Positions 1 through 12,286 of a stretch of DNA of 64,000 nt are shown in pieces (the stretch's first letter is position 1; each line of letters opens with the position of its first letter). The stretch is taken from positions 72,977,414 to 73,041,413 of the forward strand of contig NC_068990.1 in the NCBI RefSeq assembly GCF_001194135.2, in the 5' to 3' direction. Under the pieces are notes generated by a model. The model was not told the origin of the DNA and ran no database searches. It worked only from the letters and a program-made list of their open reading frames with translations. This DNA comes from Octopus bimaculoides. Lineage: Eukaryota. The position numbers and the translations under genes were made by a program.

Positions 1-189
1 ATTTGTATTCTAATAAAAGTATTTTAAGAACGGCAGATATTTCATTAATGATCATATTCAGATAAGAATATTTACACATTTTGATTATGAAAGTAATACA
101 TTCCGGCTTTCCATACTAAAATTTGACAACAATAATACCATTGGACAAATGTTTGCAAAATGTGTTGTTAAGGCACTGTTTTACACCTC

Positions 190-540
190 TTAGTTAGTTA
201 GTTAGTTAATTAGTTATTAGTTAGTCAGTCAGTTAGTTCTCTACATGCCATGGGGCATAGAAGGCTGCAACTCAATCTCTCCAACCATCTTTGCTTTCTG
301 TCACTGTTCTGGTTTCATTCGAGCTTCTCCACCTTTCTCGTCTCCTTTCTTTGTCAATGGTCCTTCGCCATATGGTTTTAAGGTGTCCTGCTACAGCTCT
401 TTGCTCCTTAGGTTTCCATTTTGGTGCTATCATACAATTGCTTTCTCGATCTTGTCTAAGGATATGTCTGATCCAGACCCAATGTCTGCTTTTCTTATTT
501 TCTCACCGATTCTGTTGATGCCCATTGCCAGGTGGTGGTG
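190..540 (-). mobile_element. RTE-clade LINE 3' end remnant with (CTAA)n tail
   Basis: Minus-strand conceptual translation gives ...WVWIRHILRQDRESNCMIAPKWKP...KTIWRRTIDKERR...ETRTVTESKDGWRD*VAAFYAPWH. This resembles the C-terminus of RTE ORF2 (W.GHVLR...WTP.G.R..GRPK.TWRRT). It is followed by a (TTAG)n tract at 190-237. Confidence 0.75.
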
Positions 541-690
541 TTAAATCAGGCAGCACGTTAAGTCTACTACCCAACTGAGCTTTTGATCTATCCACTGCTA
601 ATAAAATAAGAATGAGTATCATACAGATTGAACAGATATACAAAAAAGGAAACAGTAGTGTTGAACTTGACTGAAAGTAAGCAGTACTAC

Positions 691-904
691 TGGTTTCAAA
701 TTTTAGCACAAGGTCAGCAATTTCAGGGGAGCAGTTAAATCAATTATATCAACCCCAATGCTCAACTGGAACTTATTTTATCAACCTTGAAAGGATGAAA
801 GGCAAAGCTGACCTCAGCAGAATTTGAACTCAGAACATAAAGACAGATAAAATGCCACTAAGCATTTTGCCTGGCATGCTAACAATTCTGCCAACCTCAC
901 TGCC
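691..904 (-). mobile_element. tRNA-derived SINE, family A
   Basis: Reverse complement reads ggcagtgaggttggcagaattgttagcatgccaggcaaaatgcttag...tctgagttcaaattctgctgagg, with Pol III A/B-box-like motifs. It matches many other copies in the window. Confidence 0.85.
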
Positions 905-1884
905 TTAACACAAGCAGCAGTATCAGTGATACACTGTTTTTAGTTTGAATTAAGAGAACAGTCAACTCAATTTTCATTCTGTAGTTCAATCATGTAAATC
1001 TTTCAGTAAGTTTTTATTCCTCTCTTTCCTTCACTTACATAGTATAATATTTATGTTTCTGTGCTTTCACTAAAAGTGTATTAGAAACATTTAAGAGAGT
1101 GACTTTCATTCTTATAACTGCATCAAAGTATAATTTATTTTACAATATTTGATATACATATAGGAATAAATATATTAGTAGGTGTTAGGTTTAAAGTGGA
1201 ACAAAATGCCACCACACTTTATAACTACAACAAAAAGAGAAAACAAAACAATTAGATTTCAAAATATTTTGTTAAAAGCTATACACCTTACCTAATGAAA
1301 ATATATTAGTTTGACTAGAAAAATATAAGTGATTTCGTGTTTAACTTTTTATTGCTTAACACAAAAACAACTAATGATTGATCATTTGAAAATATATTTG
1401 TCTCAAAAAAAAAGAAAAACGAAAGAGAAAAGAAAATTTGATTTCCACCAATAATAATAATTCTATGAAAAATGAACAACCTTATTCTTAATTTCACAAA
1501 TATAAGTTAAATGAAATAAATTGATTTGGAAATGAAACAATAATTGCCCTGCCAACAAAATATATCAAGTTAAATAATGCAGTTTACAAAATTAAATTAC
1601 AAATATTCTCAGGACAGGAAACAAATAACGATGTATACAAATGCTTACAAATAAACAAACAAAAAATAAATAAATTAACTTCAGCAGTAAAACTGCAAAA
1701 ATATCTTAATTACAGAACACTCCATTAACAACGTTTATATAAAAACAATTCCAGAAAATTCCAAATATCGCTGACATATGACTGCAAATTCTAGTTCAGA
1801 CTTTCTATTATTTACACTAGAGTTTTAAAATCAATTCTTAAAAACACTGTCATATATATACACATATATATATATATATATATA

Positions 1885-2286
1885 NNNNNNNNNNNNNNNN
1901 NNNNNNNNNNNNNNNNNNNNNNNNNNNNNNNNNNNNNNNNNNNNNNNNNNNNNNNNNNNNNNNNNNNNNNNNNNNNNNNNNNNNNNNNNNNNNNNNNNNN
2001 NNNNNNNNNNNNNNNNNNNNNNNNNNNNNNNNNNNNNNNNNNNNNNNNNNNNNNNNNNNNNNNNNNNNNNNNNNNNNNNNNNNNNNNNNNNNNNNNNNNN
2101 NNNNNNNNNNNNNNNNNNNNNNNNNNNNNNNNNNNNNNNNNNNNNNNNNNNNNNNNNNNNNNNNNNNNNNNNNNNNNNNNNNNNNNNNNNNNNNNNNNNN
2201 NNNNNNNNNNNNNNNNNNNNNNNNNNNNNNNNNNNNNNNNNNNNNNNNNNNNNNNNNNNNNNNNNNNNNNNNNNNNNNNNNNNNNN
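1885..2286. other. Assembly gap. Other gaps: 13336-14213, 17210-17219, 38058-38067, 44054-44063, 57870-57879, 60355-61250, 62048-62163, 63689-63698
   Basis: Runs of N. The three largest gaps (and two of the 10-N gaps) adjoin (AT)n microsatellites. ORFs spanning them are artefacts. Confidence 1.
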
Positions 2287-2824
2287 GCTCCAGGTTCAGT
2301 CCCACTGTGTGACACTTTGGGCAAGTGTCTTCTACTATAGCCATGGGCCAACCAAAGCTTTGTGAGTGGATTTGATAGACGGAAACTGAAAGAAGGATAT
2401 AGGGGAAGTGGGAGTGGTTTTGTTTATGTTCCTGTTCCTTTTTTGACATTCTGTACCCAGATATGCATCTATATATACATGTAGATGTAGGTATGTACAT
2501 ATATGTATGTGTACATGCATATGCTCATATATCATTTGTATTATTATATACATATACATAAATATATATATATATATGTATATATTTATGTATCTTTGAG
2601 TCTGTGATTGTCCCCCCCCCCTCCCACCATTGATTGACAACCAATGTTGGTGTGTTTACATCCCCATAACGTAGCAGTTTAACAAAAGAGACTGATAGAA
2701 TAAGTACCAGACTTAGAAAGAAAAAGTCCTGGGGTTGATATCTTCAACTAAAAGGTGGTGCTCCTGCATGGCCACACCCAAATGAATGAAAGAATAAAAG
2801 AATATACAGAATGACCTCCCAAAA

Positions 2825-2856
<32 letters not shown>

Positions 2857-3050
2857 GTGTATGTGTGTGTGTGTGTGTGTACGTGTGTGTGTGCGTGTGT
2901 GTGTGTTTATGTTACTCAGAACAGTGGTTTGGCAAACAGAGATCAATAAAATAAGTACCAGACTGAAACAGTTGGGCTGATAATGATCAACTAAAATCAT
3001 TAAAAGTGGTGCCCCAGTATGGCCACAGTATAATGACTGAAACTAGTTGA
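2287..3050 (+). mobile_element. CORE-like SINE, family B (5' end lost in gap), plus a duplicated 3' part after (GT)n
   Basis: ggttcagtcccactgtgtgacactttgggcaagtgtcttctactatagcc...gtgagtggatttgatagacggaaactgaaagaag, then the 3' module gtgtttacatccccataac...ataagtaccag...tggccacac. A second 3' module lies at about 2910-3050. Confidence 0.8.
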
Positions 3051-4324
3051 GGAATAAATATATTAGCTGGAATAAATTTCAGACTTAATATTAGTAAGTA
3101 TAAAGGCCATTAGATTAATATGCCTGATGATGTCAACAACACAAGATAAAATACACTAGTTTTCGTAGTTTGGTAAACAGTTTTCAGATGTAGATCAAAG
3201 CTGCTGATTAAATAAAAAGGTAATATTCAAATAGAACTATGAAGCCTTTCGATTACATCAAAATACGAAAGCAATTAAAATTATGAAAAAGACAATTTCA
3301 ATTGACATATAAACTTCAAAACCTTAATAAATTTGCAGATATTTCATGTTAAGCCTAACTACAAAGATTTTAATTTCAGTACATTAACTTCCAACTATTA
3401 AAATGTTTCCCTTTTAGCTACAATGTAACCAATTAGAGAAGTTATATGTACAAAAATAAGGTGAGTGGGGTAATGTGATGATAAACTTGAAAATGTGTAA
3501 AAATTATTAAAAAAAAAAAAATTAAATAAATTATCAAATATATATAGGGTTTTCCACACGTAGACAACAAATATGTTGAGCATTTTTATTTCATCTATTT
3601 ACTAATTTATAATGTGTGAAATTATGAGGGGAAAATGGGTAATATAGAAGGCTTTATTTGTCAATTTAAAAAACAAAACACACATCAAGAATGATTTTGT
3701 TCATTAAATTTCATAAATCTTGAAACTTATTCATGAACTGAAAAACCACAGGCTGAATCATTACTGGATAAAAATGCAACACTTGACATTATGGTGTTTT
3801 AAATCATCTCCCTCTCTTTCTCATTTCTGTTCATCATTTATTTCTCTTTCCCTCACATCTTTTATCAGCTTCCATTTCTCTCCTTTTTTTACTTCACCCC
3901 TTTACATTTCCCTTTTTCCCCCTCAACTCAGTCATTTCCCAGCCTCCCTCATTCCTCTCTCTCACTTCACTTCATCTCTCACTCTATTCCACTATGGTTA
4001 TTAAAAAGCCATAATAAACTGACCTTTTTTTTATGCAAAAACGCACAAAATATAAAAGATCACAACATTTAGAAAATAATGCTTTCAAACTGAAGATCCT
4101 TACAGAATGAGTATAGCAACATTACCTACTCTCACTCAAAATTAAAACAAAGTTCAAATACAGCTCAAATATTTTTTCCAGCTGTTATTTCTAATTAAGA
4201 TCTCCAGCTTTAGTGAATTTTTTTGACCACCATTGAAATAAGGCTAACAAATAGAACAAGTAATAATGATGCTATAACATAGATATACTTACTGAGTGTA
4301 TCCCTTTTAAGAAAAGGCACACAA

Positions 4325-4462
4325 TTTCCCATGTGTCATAAGGGGCATCTAAAAGTGTTGGCAACAGGACAGGTACCTGGCTGTAAAACACTACCTCTGA
4401 AAAACCATCTAACTAATGCCAGCATGGGAAACTGGAAGTAAAACACTGATGGTGATGAATGA
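4325..4462 (+). mobile_element. Retroelement 3' tail module (family C, ending gcatgg...aa-(tga)n)
   Basis: Shares ggcaacagga..gg..cctggctgtaaaac...gccagcatggga.a.tgga.gtaaa..(tga)n with copies at about 9170-9300, 35680-35790 and 51600-51745. Confidence 0.65.
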
Positions 4463-4723
4463 TATCACAAATAGGAGCGATAAAGTAACTTGGAAAACCA
4501 TATAACAAATCTAAAAACCAATTGTAATACATCTAATAAAAGCAAAAAAGAAAAATGTAATTTCAAAAATTGTTAGGTTGCAATATTCTAAGACTTAATT
4601 CTTCAATTCCATGTTATGATGGGTTGAAAATAGTTTGCAAAAGTAATCTAACTGCAGTTTAATTGTATTGGCACATTAGAAATGCTTAAAGTTAACTGAT
4701 TCTACATTATCGTATCTACATGA

Positions 4724-4980
4724 AGGGGTGTGGTTCAGTGGTTAGGGTATTTGGTTCATGACCATAAGAGTGTAAGTTCAATTCCTGGCAGCATATTGCT
4801 TCCTGCAGCGAGACTTTATTTCAACTTGTTCCAGTTCACTCAGTTGGCAAATATGAGCAGTATCTGTATTCCAATAGGCCAGCCTTGACACATTCTGTCA
4901 TGCTGAATCTCCATGAGAACTACACCTAGGGTACGCATGTCTGTGGACTGCTCAGCCATTTGCACGTTAATTTCAACATT
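4724..4980 (+). mobile_element. tRNA-derived CORE-like SINE, third family
   Basis: Head ggggtgtggttcagtggttaggg (A box) and gttcaattcc (B box), followed by a CORE-like segment gagactttatttcaacttgttccag. Confidence 0.7.
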
Positions 4981-5329
4981 GATAAAGAAAGCCATAAGAA
5001 CTGATCAAATTGGTCTGTAAACAACATAGACTGTTCTGTCCAACAAGAAACACAATAAAATGTTTATGGGCACAGTGTATATAACTCAGTAGAGGAATGT
5101 GCACCTCTTTAACACAGACCAAAAGTCAGTAATTTCAGACTAAGCGATATGCAGGTTGGCAGAAATTACAATTAGAAAAGATTTGTATAAGCAGACAAAT
5201 GCCTTTGTGGTGGCCTTTTTATCACAACATTAACTAGTGCTTATTTAGACAAAGACAGTAAAATCCTGTACAGTAGAGCAAGTGGAAAAAAACAACTAAT
5301 GAATAACCAAATAAAATATTGCTTCACCT

Positions 5330-5648
5330 AGACTGAAATGTTCACTTCTCACCAGTTAACTTTCAAGACAAGATCCTCTCCAGTCAGCTTCATACTTATT
5401 TTCCAATAATTTTTTTTAGCTGATCTTGTTGTAGTTATTTTTTTTCTTGCATTTAAATTTTAAACATTCCCTAGAGGGAGTCTTTTGTGTACTAATTCGA
5501 TAGATAATCTTTGTTAATCAAAGTTTTTCAATTCACTTCCATTGAACATGTGAGACCCTACATATGTGTATTTAGTATGTAGAATATCCTCCCAAGGTAA
5601 TTTTCCTCAGCCATATTGTTGATATTCATAATCAGTGTCACTAGTTCC

Positions 5649-5684
<36 letters not shown>

Positions 5685-6010
5685 TGGTCACTTCCAAAGA
5701 TGCCAGTTGAATAGTTTATTCTTTGCCAAGAAATTGAAATATGTCCATTGTTTTCACAAGTTGGTTTTGGTTTTTTCAACTTAAGAACCATTCCTATCCG
5801 CATCCCTTTTTCCTAAAAGATTCCATTAGATAATCTTACTTGAGTTAACTACCATGCATATTTTAAGATTTTAAACACCTTTCATATCAAAAATTTTCAG
5901 CTCACTGTATTATGTATATGAGATCCTACGATATGCATATCAAGTATGCTAGATGCTTCCTTGAGGTACTTTCCCCACTCAACCATATTGTTGATTAACT
6001 AATAAGAAAA
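5330..6010 (-). mobile_element. Two tandem, decayed CR1/L2-like LINE 3' fragments
   Basis: The segment 5520-5625 is repeated at about 5885-5995. Minus-strand translation includes GMVLKLKKPKPTCENN.HISIS..RIN, resembling the CR1 C-terminal RGH.LKL.K...R...FS.RV.N.WN motif. Stop codons are present. Confidence 0.45.
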
Positions 6011-6700
6011 GTCAAATATAACTTTAGAGATAAGGAATAAATTGGGAAAAAGTAAAATACAAATGGAGACTATACACAAGGCTAGACATAAAACTAGATA
6101 TGTGTTTTAGCTAAGTAAGAGGGAAGAGGATGGGAGACTCATTAATACTCTTTGTCAATACAATTGTAGTGAAACCAACTTCATTTATGATATATTGAAT
6201 ACATTAAACTGATATAGGCTCAGTGCGTTAATCCATAATGATTGGCTGCTTTACCTATCATGTGAGTTTTGAACATTGGTTGAGTCCTGAGTTCTGATTG
6301 GTTGAGTACTGCAAGGGATTTGGATTAAAGATCCAATCACATTGCACGTAATACATTCTCGAACAACTAATCAGTATGAGCTCTGGAACCTCCCCTTTTT
6401 CTATAAATTTGTGTAACAAATTATTGAGTCCAGAGGAGTGAGTGATTTTCATGAAGGTGAGTCATGTTGTTTTCTTGCTGTTATTCACCAGAGCAAAATT
6501 AATATAACAGAGCACATGTAACCAACAATGACCTGAGTTGAATTATTGAAACAATGCATGAACTATACAACCACCAGAATTCATAATATTTTTACTTGGT
6601 CCACTGCACTACTTAATGGAGGAATAAAGTCTCACCATTATTTTTAAAGTTTGTTTCTTGTATTATTTCCACGAGTGAACACACAACATATATAACTTCC

Positions 6701-6915
6701 TTTTGTCCAATGATTTTTTTGTCCAACGACTTTTTGTCCAATTTTAAATAAACTCTTTAGAAAACAAAGCGAACATCAAAATCAAATAATCATTGAGAAT
6801 ATTATAGACAGGATTTGTCGTTGGACAAAAAAATCATCGAACAAAAAGATATCAGACCAAAAAACATGGACGTAAAAACATTTCATGAAGTGATGTTGGA
6901 CGAAAAGACATAGCA
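6701..6915. repeat. Foldback element built of short TTTTGTCCAA(C/T)GA motifs (MITE-like)
   Basis: Three direct copies at 6701-6741 and several inverted copies (tcgttggacaaaa, tcatcgaacaaaa, tgttggacgaaaag) at 6818-6910. Confidence 0.65.
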
Positions 6916-7269
6916 CCATTATACAATGGTATGCAAGATTCTGAAGTAAAAACCAAGGGGTACTTTACACCACCCGTTATACAATCATCATTGTAGTTTA
7001 ATGTCCACTTTACCAATGCACACATGGAATTTGTTGAAGCAGATTTTCTATGGCTGGATACCATTCCTATCACGAGCTCTCACCTGTTTCCAAGTAAGGT
7101 AATATTCCTCTGTGACCAGACATGTTTACACAGAAGAGTGGAAATGAAGGCCACTACTTGTATAACAGTGTGACATGTTTACAGCCATCAAGAAATTTCA
7201 AGGAATGAAATAGTAACAACATACACATAAGCATGCAACACATACACATACATGCATATACATATATAT

Positions 7270-7660
7270 AAATCATCATCATCATCTTTATCATTTAACG
7301 TCCGTGTTCCATGATAGCATGGGTAGAATGGTACAAGAGCCAGCCAGGTCGAAGTCTGCACCAGACTTCTGTGACTGTTTTTGTAGGAATTTTACAGCTG
7401 GATGCCCTTCCCAACACCAACCACTCTGCAGAGTGAACTTAGTGCTTTTTATGTGGCAATACGCATGCATGCATGCATGCATGCATACATACATACATAC
7501 ATACATACATACATACATACACTGAGCTTCTTTCAGCTTTCATCTACTAAATCCACTCACAAGGCAGTAGACGCTTGCCCAATGCGCCATGCAGTGGAAC
7601 TGAACCCAAAACCATGTGGTTGGCAAGCAAACTTCTTACCACACAGCCACGGTTGTGACT
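7270..7660 (-). mobile_element. Composite SINE: family-B head, (ATAC/ATGC)n spacer, family-C tail
   Basis: Head (reverse complement) at about 7520-7660, ATAC/ATGC microsatellite at 7463-7520, and C tail catcatcat...tttaacgtccgtgttccatgatagcatggg at 7273-7460. Confidence 0.75.
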
Positions 7661-8237
7661 ATTAATGATTGAAATGCAGTAAGTTGAGATAAATTTAGAT
7701 AAGGTAGTGAAAAAAAGTGTGTCCAGAATAATGTAGGTAAACTTTCTTTCATTATAAGTGAAAGGAAATTACAGATATCTCAGAGATCTCAAGTTAATAA
7801 GTCAACTTACAAAAATAGTAGAACAAGCAAGCTATTGGTAATGAATGTGCTACAGTTACTTTACAATAAGCAGCAACACTATACATTTACCAACTGAAGT
7901 GTGAAATCACAATCTGCAGTCAATATACATTAAATTAAAATAAATCTGAATTTAATGTAGATTGTGTATAAAGATACTCCCATACAAAAAGCATGACACT
8001 GGAAAACAACAATAAACTTGGAAAATAAGTCATAAAACATTTGAAACATTAATATAAATGAAAAACTTGGTCAGCAAACGTAAGAATTACATAGTACTAT
8101 AGTCAAATCCAGAATCTAAAAGTTTATAAAACCTGAAAATTATTAGACAGACAGTCATGTTGTTAATGCACATGCAACAAACAAATTGTTTTAAGCTTGT
8201 GTACGTGAGTATGCACATTTCTGTGAGTGTGCATGCA

Positions 8238-8251
8238 TGTGCATGTATGTA

Positions 8252-8328
<77 letters not shown>
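8238..8328. repeat. (GT)n microsatellite, about 45 units; further (GT)n at 8495-8572
   Basis: Direct inspection. Confidence 0.98.
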
Positions 8329-8332
<4 letters not shown>

Positions 8333-8492
8333 AGGTTATCAAGTGCTCTAGGTCAGACATACATAAGGCTGGGCATATTTTGAAATGAATGAATGTTCCA
8401 TAGAAATATAAAAGTCTTGGGAATTTGACACAACTCTGAGAATGGCTCTTAGACAAAAAGCACAGTACACAAGAGGAAAGACTGTCTCAAAC

Positions 8493-8532
<40 letters not shown>

Positions 8533-8821
8533 TGTGTGTGTGTGTGTACACGTGTGTGTGTGTGTGTGTGTGAGAAAGAGAGAGCGTGTTAGAATTTTAG
8601 TATTTCCCAATAGTGACAAAGTTGGTGCCAGCAAAAGGAAACCGTAGCCAAGAGTGGAAATCTTAGTGCGTATTGTTTGGCACAAGATATGCAATAATAC
8701 ATACAGATATAAGACTAAAACAATCACATCTTATTAAAGGTTATCACATTAAGTGATAAGCTAGTAGAGGATGATGATGTGTGTGTGTGCGTGTATAAAT
8801 ACATACAGACATACATACATA

Positions 8822-9305
8822 GAAGCACAAGTGTGGCTGCGTGGTTAAAACATTTGTTTTGTAATCATATAGTTTCAAGTTCAGTGCCACCATGTACCCA
8901 AGTGTCTTCTACTATAGCCCCAGGCAGATCACTGCCTTGTGAGTGGATTTGATAGGCAGAAACTAAAAGAAGCCAGTTGTGTGTGTGTGTATGCGTGTGT
9001 ATGTCTGTGTGCACATGTGAGTGTGTCCACGTGTACATGTGTCTGTGTGCACGTGTGTGTGTGTGTGTGTGTATGTTCTTATCTTGACATTGTGTAATGT
9101 AAATATTTCCAAAATTCTGCAGGAAAATATATCCAGCTATGGAGAAATATTACTTTGTTTGGAAACATGTAAAGGTTGGTACAGGAAGAGAATCCAGCCA
9201 GAGAGAAAATCTGCCTCCATAAACTTTGTCTAACCCATACAAGCATGGAAAAGTAGACATTAATATGAAGACGATGAAGATAATGACGATGATGATGATG
9301 ATGTG
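8822..9305 (+). mobile_element. Composite SINE: family-B head, (GT)n, family-C tail
   Basis: gtggctgcgtggttaaa...ttcaagttcagtgccac...aagtgtcttctactatagcc head, and tail ggaagagaatccagccagagagaaaatc...gcatggaaaagtagacattaa-(tga)n. Confidence 0.75.
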
Positions 9306-10489
9306 TGTGTGCATGAACAAATGAACTATGTGAGATACGTATTAAAGGCAGCAGCAATAATGAGAAAAAGAACAGTAATTATAATTACTGAATTGAATAC
9401 AAGGAGATGGCTAATGATAAGCAAGAAATAATTTCAAAAATTCTACAAGCAATGTAAACTAAATAATGATACTAGTAGCAAAATTCTAGAGACAGGAACA
9501 GTAATAAATAGGACATGTTTATAGCAGGAGACGTGTTAAACATGTCAATAGAAAATTCCAAATATCTAACCAGCAATTAAAGAAAATAAATTAAAAGATT
9601 GTTTAGAAAATGATAGCGAAACAGTATTGACATGAACCTTTTATGAATCAGGGTAAAACGGCATACAGCTCGTAATATTATGAGTCAACAGAATTGAGAA
9701 CGAAACAGATGATGTTATGTTTTACCAAAAGGACAATTTTTAAAAAATACAAATTAAATTGCTGTATTGATTTCCCTATCAGAAAATATTAGGGACAAAA
9801 TGAAAACAAAATTAAGCACTTTCAGGGGATCCTTTTTTTTTGTTTTCTTTTTTTCTTTTTTTCTTCTTTTTTTTTTTTGCTTTGGTGGGGCTTTATTTGT
9901 TTTGCTTTTGTTTTATCACTTTCACTGCAATTTTAAAATCATAGTTTGTTTGTTTTTTTAATCAGATAAGATTTAGCAAGCAGATAAAGAATAAATTGGT
10001 GGCTAACAGAGCTGAAATACGAACTCACAATTTAAGAGTTTAGAACTTTTCTATTTTGGGCATAGCTGATCTACGATAGATCTTAATTTATATATATGTA
10101 TTTAATTCCACTATTTATCAGAAGGTCTCACCATATGCTAGAACTTATCCTAGTTTTGAAAGCATTAAACTATGTTTTGTTTTGCTATTTCCTTACTTTT
10201 TATTTTCTTTTTACACAGGAGAAAATATGGATTCAACATTACAAACTAATGGAGCACTTTTCAATTATGTAGTGTCATTCACTGCTGGAAGCAATGAACT
10301 GTATATCTCATGGTTATTTTTTCACAGTTTGATGGGCAATGAACATTTTCATAGATTTGCTGGCAACACAGTGCAGCACCAGTAACAGGCTATACAGGAG
10401 CACTTGATACAAGAGAGTCAGTACAAAATAAAATACTAAGAATGAGTTTGCTTATCAAGTTGTTATTGCTATTGTGTGAGTCATTATTA

Positions 10490-10889
10490 CTGGCAGAATT
10501 GTTAGCGTGTTGGGCAAAATGCTTAGCAGTATTTTGTCTGCTGCTACATTCTGAGTTCAAATTTCTCTGAAGTCAACTTTGCCTTTCATCCGTTTATGCA
10601 CTGGAATCAATGTAATCGACTTACCCCTCTCCCAAAATTTCAGGCCTTGTGCCTATAAGAGAAAGGATTATTATTATTAAGGCAGCAAGCTGACACAATC
10701 GTTAGCATGCCAGACAAAATGCTTAGCAGCCTTTCACCCATCTTCATATTCTCAGTTCAAATTCCACTGAGGTTGACTTTGCTTTCATCCTATCGGGGTC
10801 GATAAAATAAGTATCAGTGGAGTACTGGGGTTGATGTAATCTACTTGCCCATCCTCTGGTATTGCTAGCCTTGTGTCAAAATTTGAAAA

Positions 10890-10928
<39 letters not shown>

Positions 10929-11190
10929 CATCATCATCATTATTAGCACCCTGGGCAAAATGCTTAGCGGCAATTTGTCCATCTTTATACCTTGAGCTCA
11001 AATTCTCCTGAGGTCAACTTTGCCTTTCATCCTTTCTGGGTTGATAAATAAGTACCAGTTGAGCAGTGGGGTCAATGTAATCGATTTATCCCCCACCGCT
11101 ACTCCAAACTTGTTGGCTTTGTGCCAAAATTTGAAACCATTATTATTATCATCATTATTAGGCGCTGAGCAGGCAAAGTTGTTAGCCACC
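10490..11190 (+). mobile_element. Head-to-tail array of three family-A SINEs plus a fourth head
   Basis: Copies at about 10490-10670, 10681-10888 and 10944-11150, separated by (ATT)n/(ATC)n tails. An isolated head lies at 11159-11190. Confidence 0.9.
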
Positions 11191-12064
11191 CAGCCACCTT
11201 TTTTTTTGGCTAGAAAAAGTAGGCACCCTTATATAGTGCTTATGATAAAGAGATTGTGTGCTAAGAATGTAAGAACTGAATTTCCTCTTTGGTGAAGCTT
11301 TTATCAATTTCTGCAAATTCCATTTGGTTAGGAAGTTGGTACTGGAAAGGAAGGTATGCCCCCAGTGAATTTACTGAAAAATGGACGAGAGTGATGATAA
11401 TGGCCCAGCTGAAGCGAATGAGTGGTTATTCTCTATGCATGCAAATATAGACTAGGGAACACAACTGGAAGATGGCTCTGGTCTTGGGTAATCATGGCAG
11501 TCTTGGATACACAGAATTCTTTGATTTGTTCTAAGTGGCTGTCCATCTATTGGGATGTCTCATTCCTTTTCTTTTTGTTTACTGTTGCTTTTATGATTTT
11601 TTTTTTTTTTCATAATCTTTTCTATGTAAAGCATTCTACAAATCACAACTTTGAAATTTCTCCTTGTACTGTCCCAGCTCCATCACTATTATTATCTGTG
11701 CCTGAGTGCACCCAGGATGCATTAGTTGCAACCACTGAATACATAACTGTGAACTCATTATTGAGGCACCATTGAAAAGTGGTATGCAATAAAGTTGTTT
11801 ACAATAAAGTACCTACTCTGGTGCACTCCTGTTTAAATTAAACTGATTATTCGCAAAAATAAAACCATCAAAAATGATCCGGTAGTATGCAACATGATTT
11901 TGCTAACTGTTTTAGGCAACTACATAGTCACGAGCAGACACTGCTGATAAATTCTTGACCTTCTTACCCAAGACGCAGTGAGGCATCAATGCTAAGACAG
12001 CAGGAGGGAGAGAAGGCTGCATAGAGCTGAGCAAACTGAAGCAGTATGAAATGAAGAGCTTTGC

Positions 12065-12286
12065 TTAACCCTTTCACATTCAGATTACTCTGGCTAATGT
12101 AATGCTTATTTATTTGCATTGCTTTGAATTCATCAAGCATTATTCCATAGCTTTGAGATTTTGATGAAGTGATTGTTTATTTTGAGAGTAACATTGTAGG
12201 GTAAGAGTAAGAGGTCAGATTTAGCCGGTTTGAATATAAAACAGAAAGAATATTTGGGTCAGATATGACTGGTTTTAAAGGGTTAA
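12065..12286. mobile_element. piggyBac-like non-autonomous element (TTAA|CCCTT...AAGGG|TTAA)
   Basis: TTAA at 12065-12068 and 12283-12286 flanks inverted CCCTTT/AAAGGG termini. The internal sequence is homologous to 43649-43876. Confidence 0.75.

Noticed and set aside
6258-6452. Protein-like 64-aa minus-strand ORF next to a GTAAAG donor
   Set aside because: All frames from the nearest acceptor (6532) hit stops, and I recognise no family motif.
10219-10385. Strong plus-strand acceptor (tttttacacag) followed by an open frame
   Set aside because: No convincing donor, no linked exons and no recognisable peptide. Poly-T tracts ending in AG are common here.
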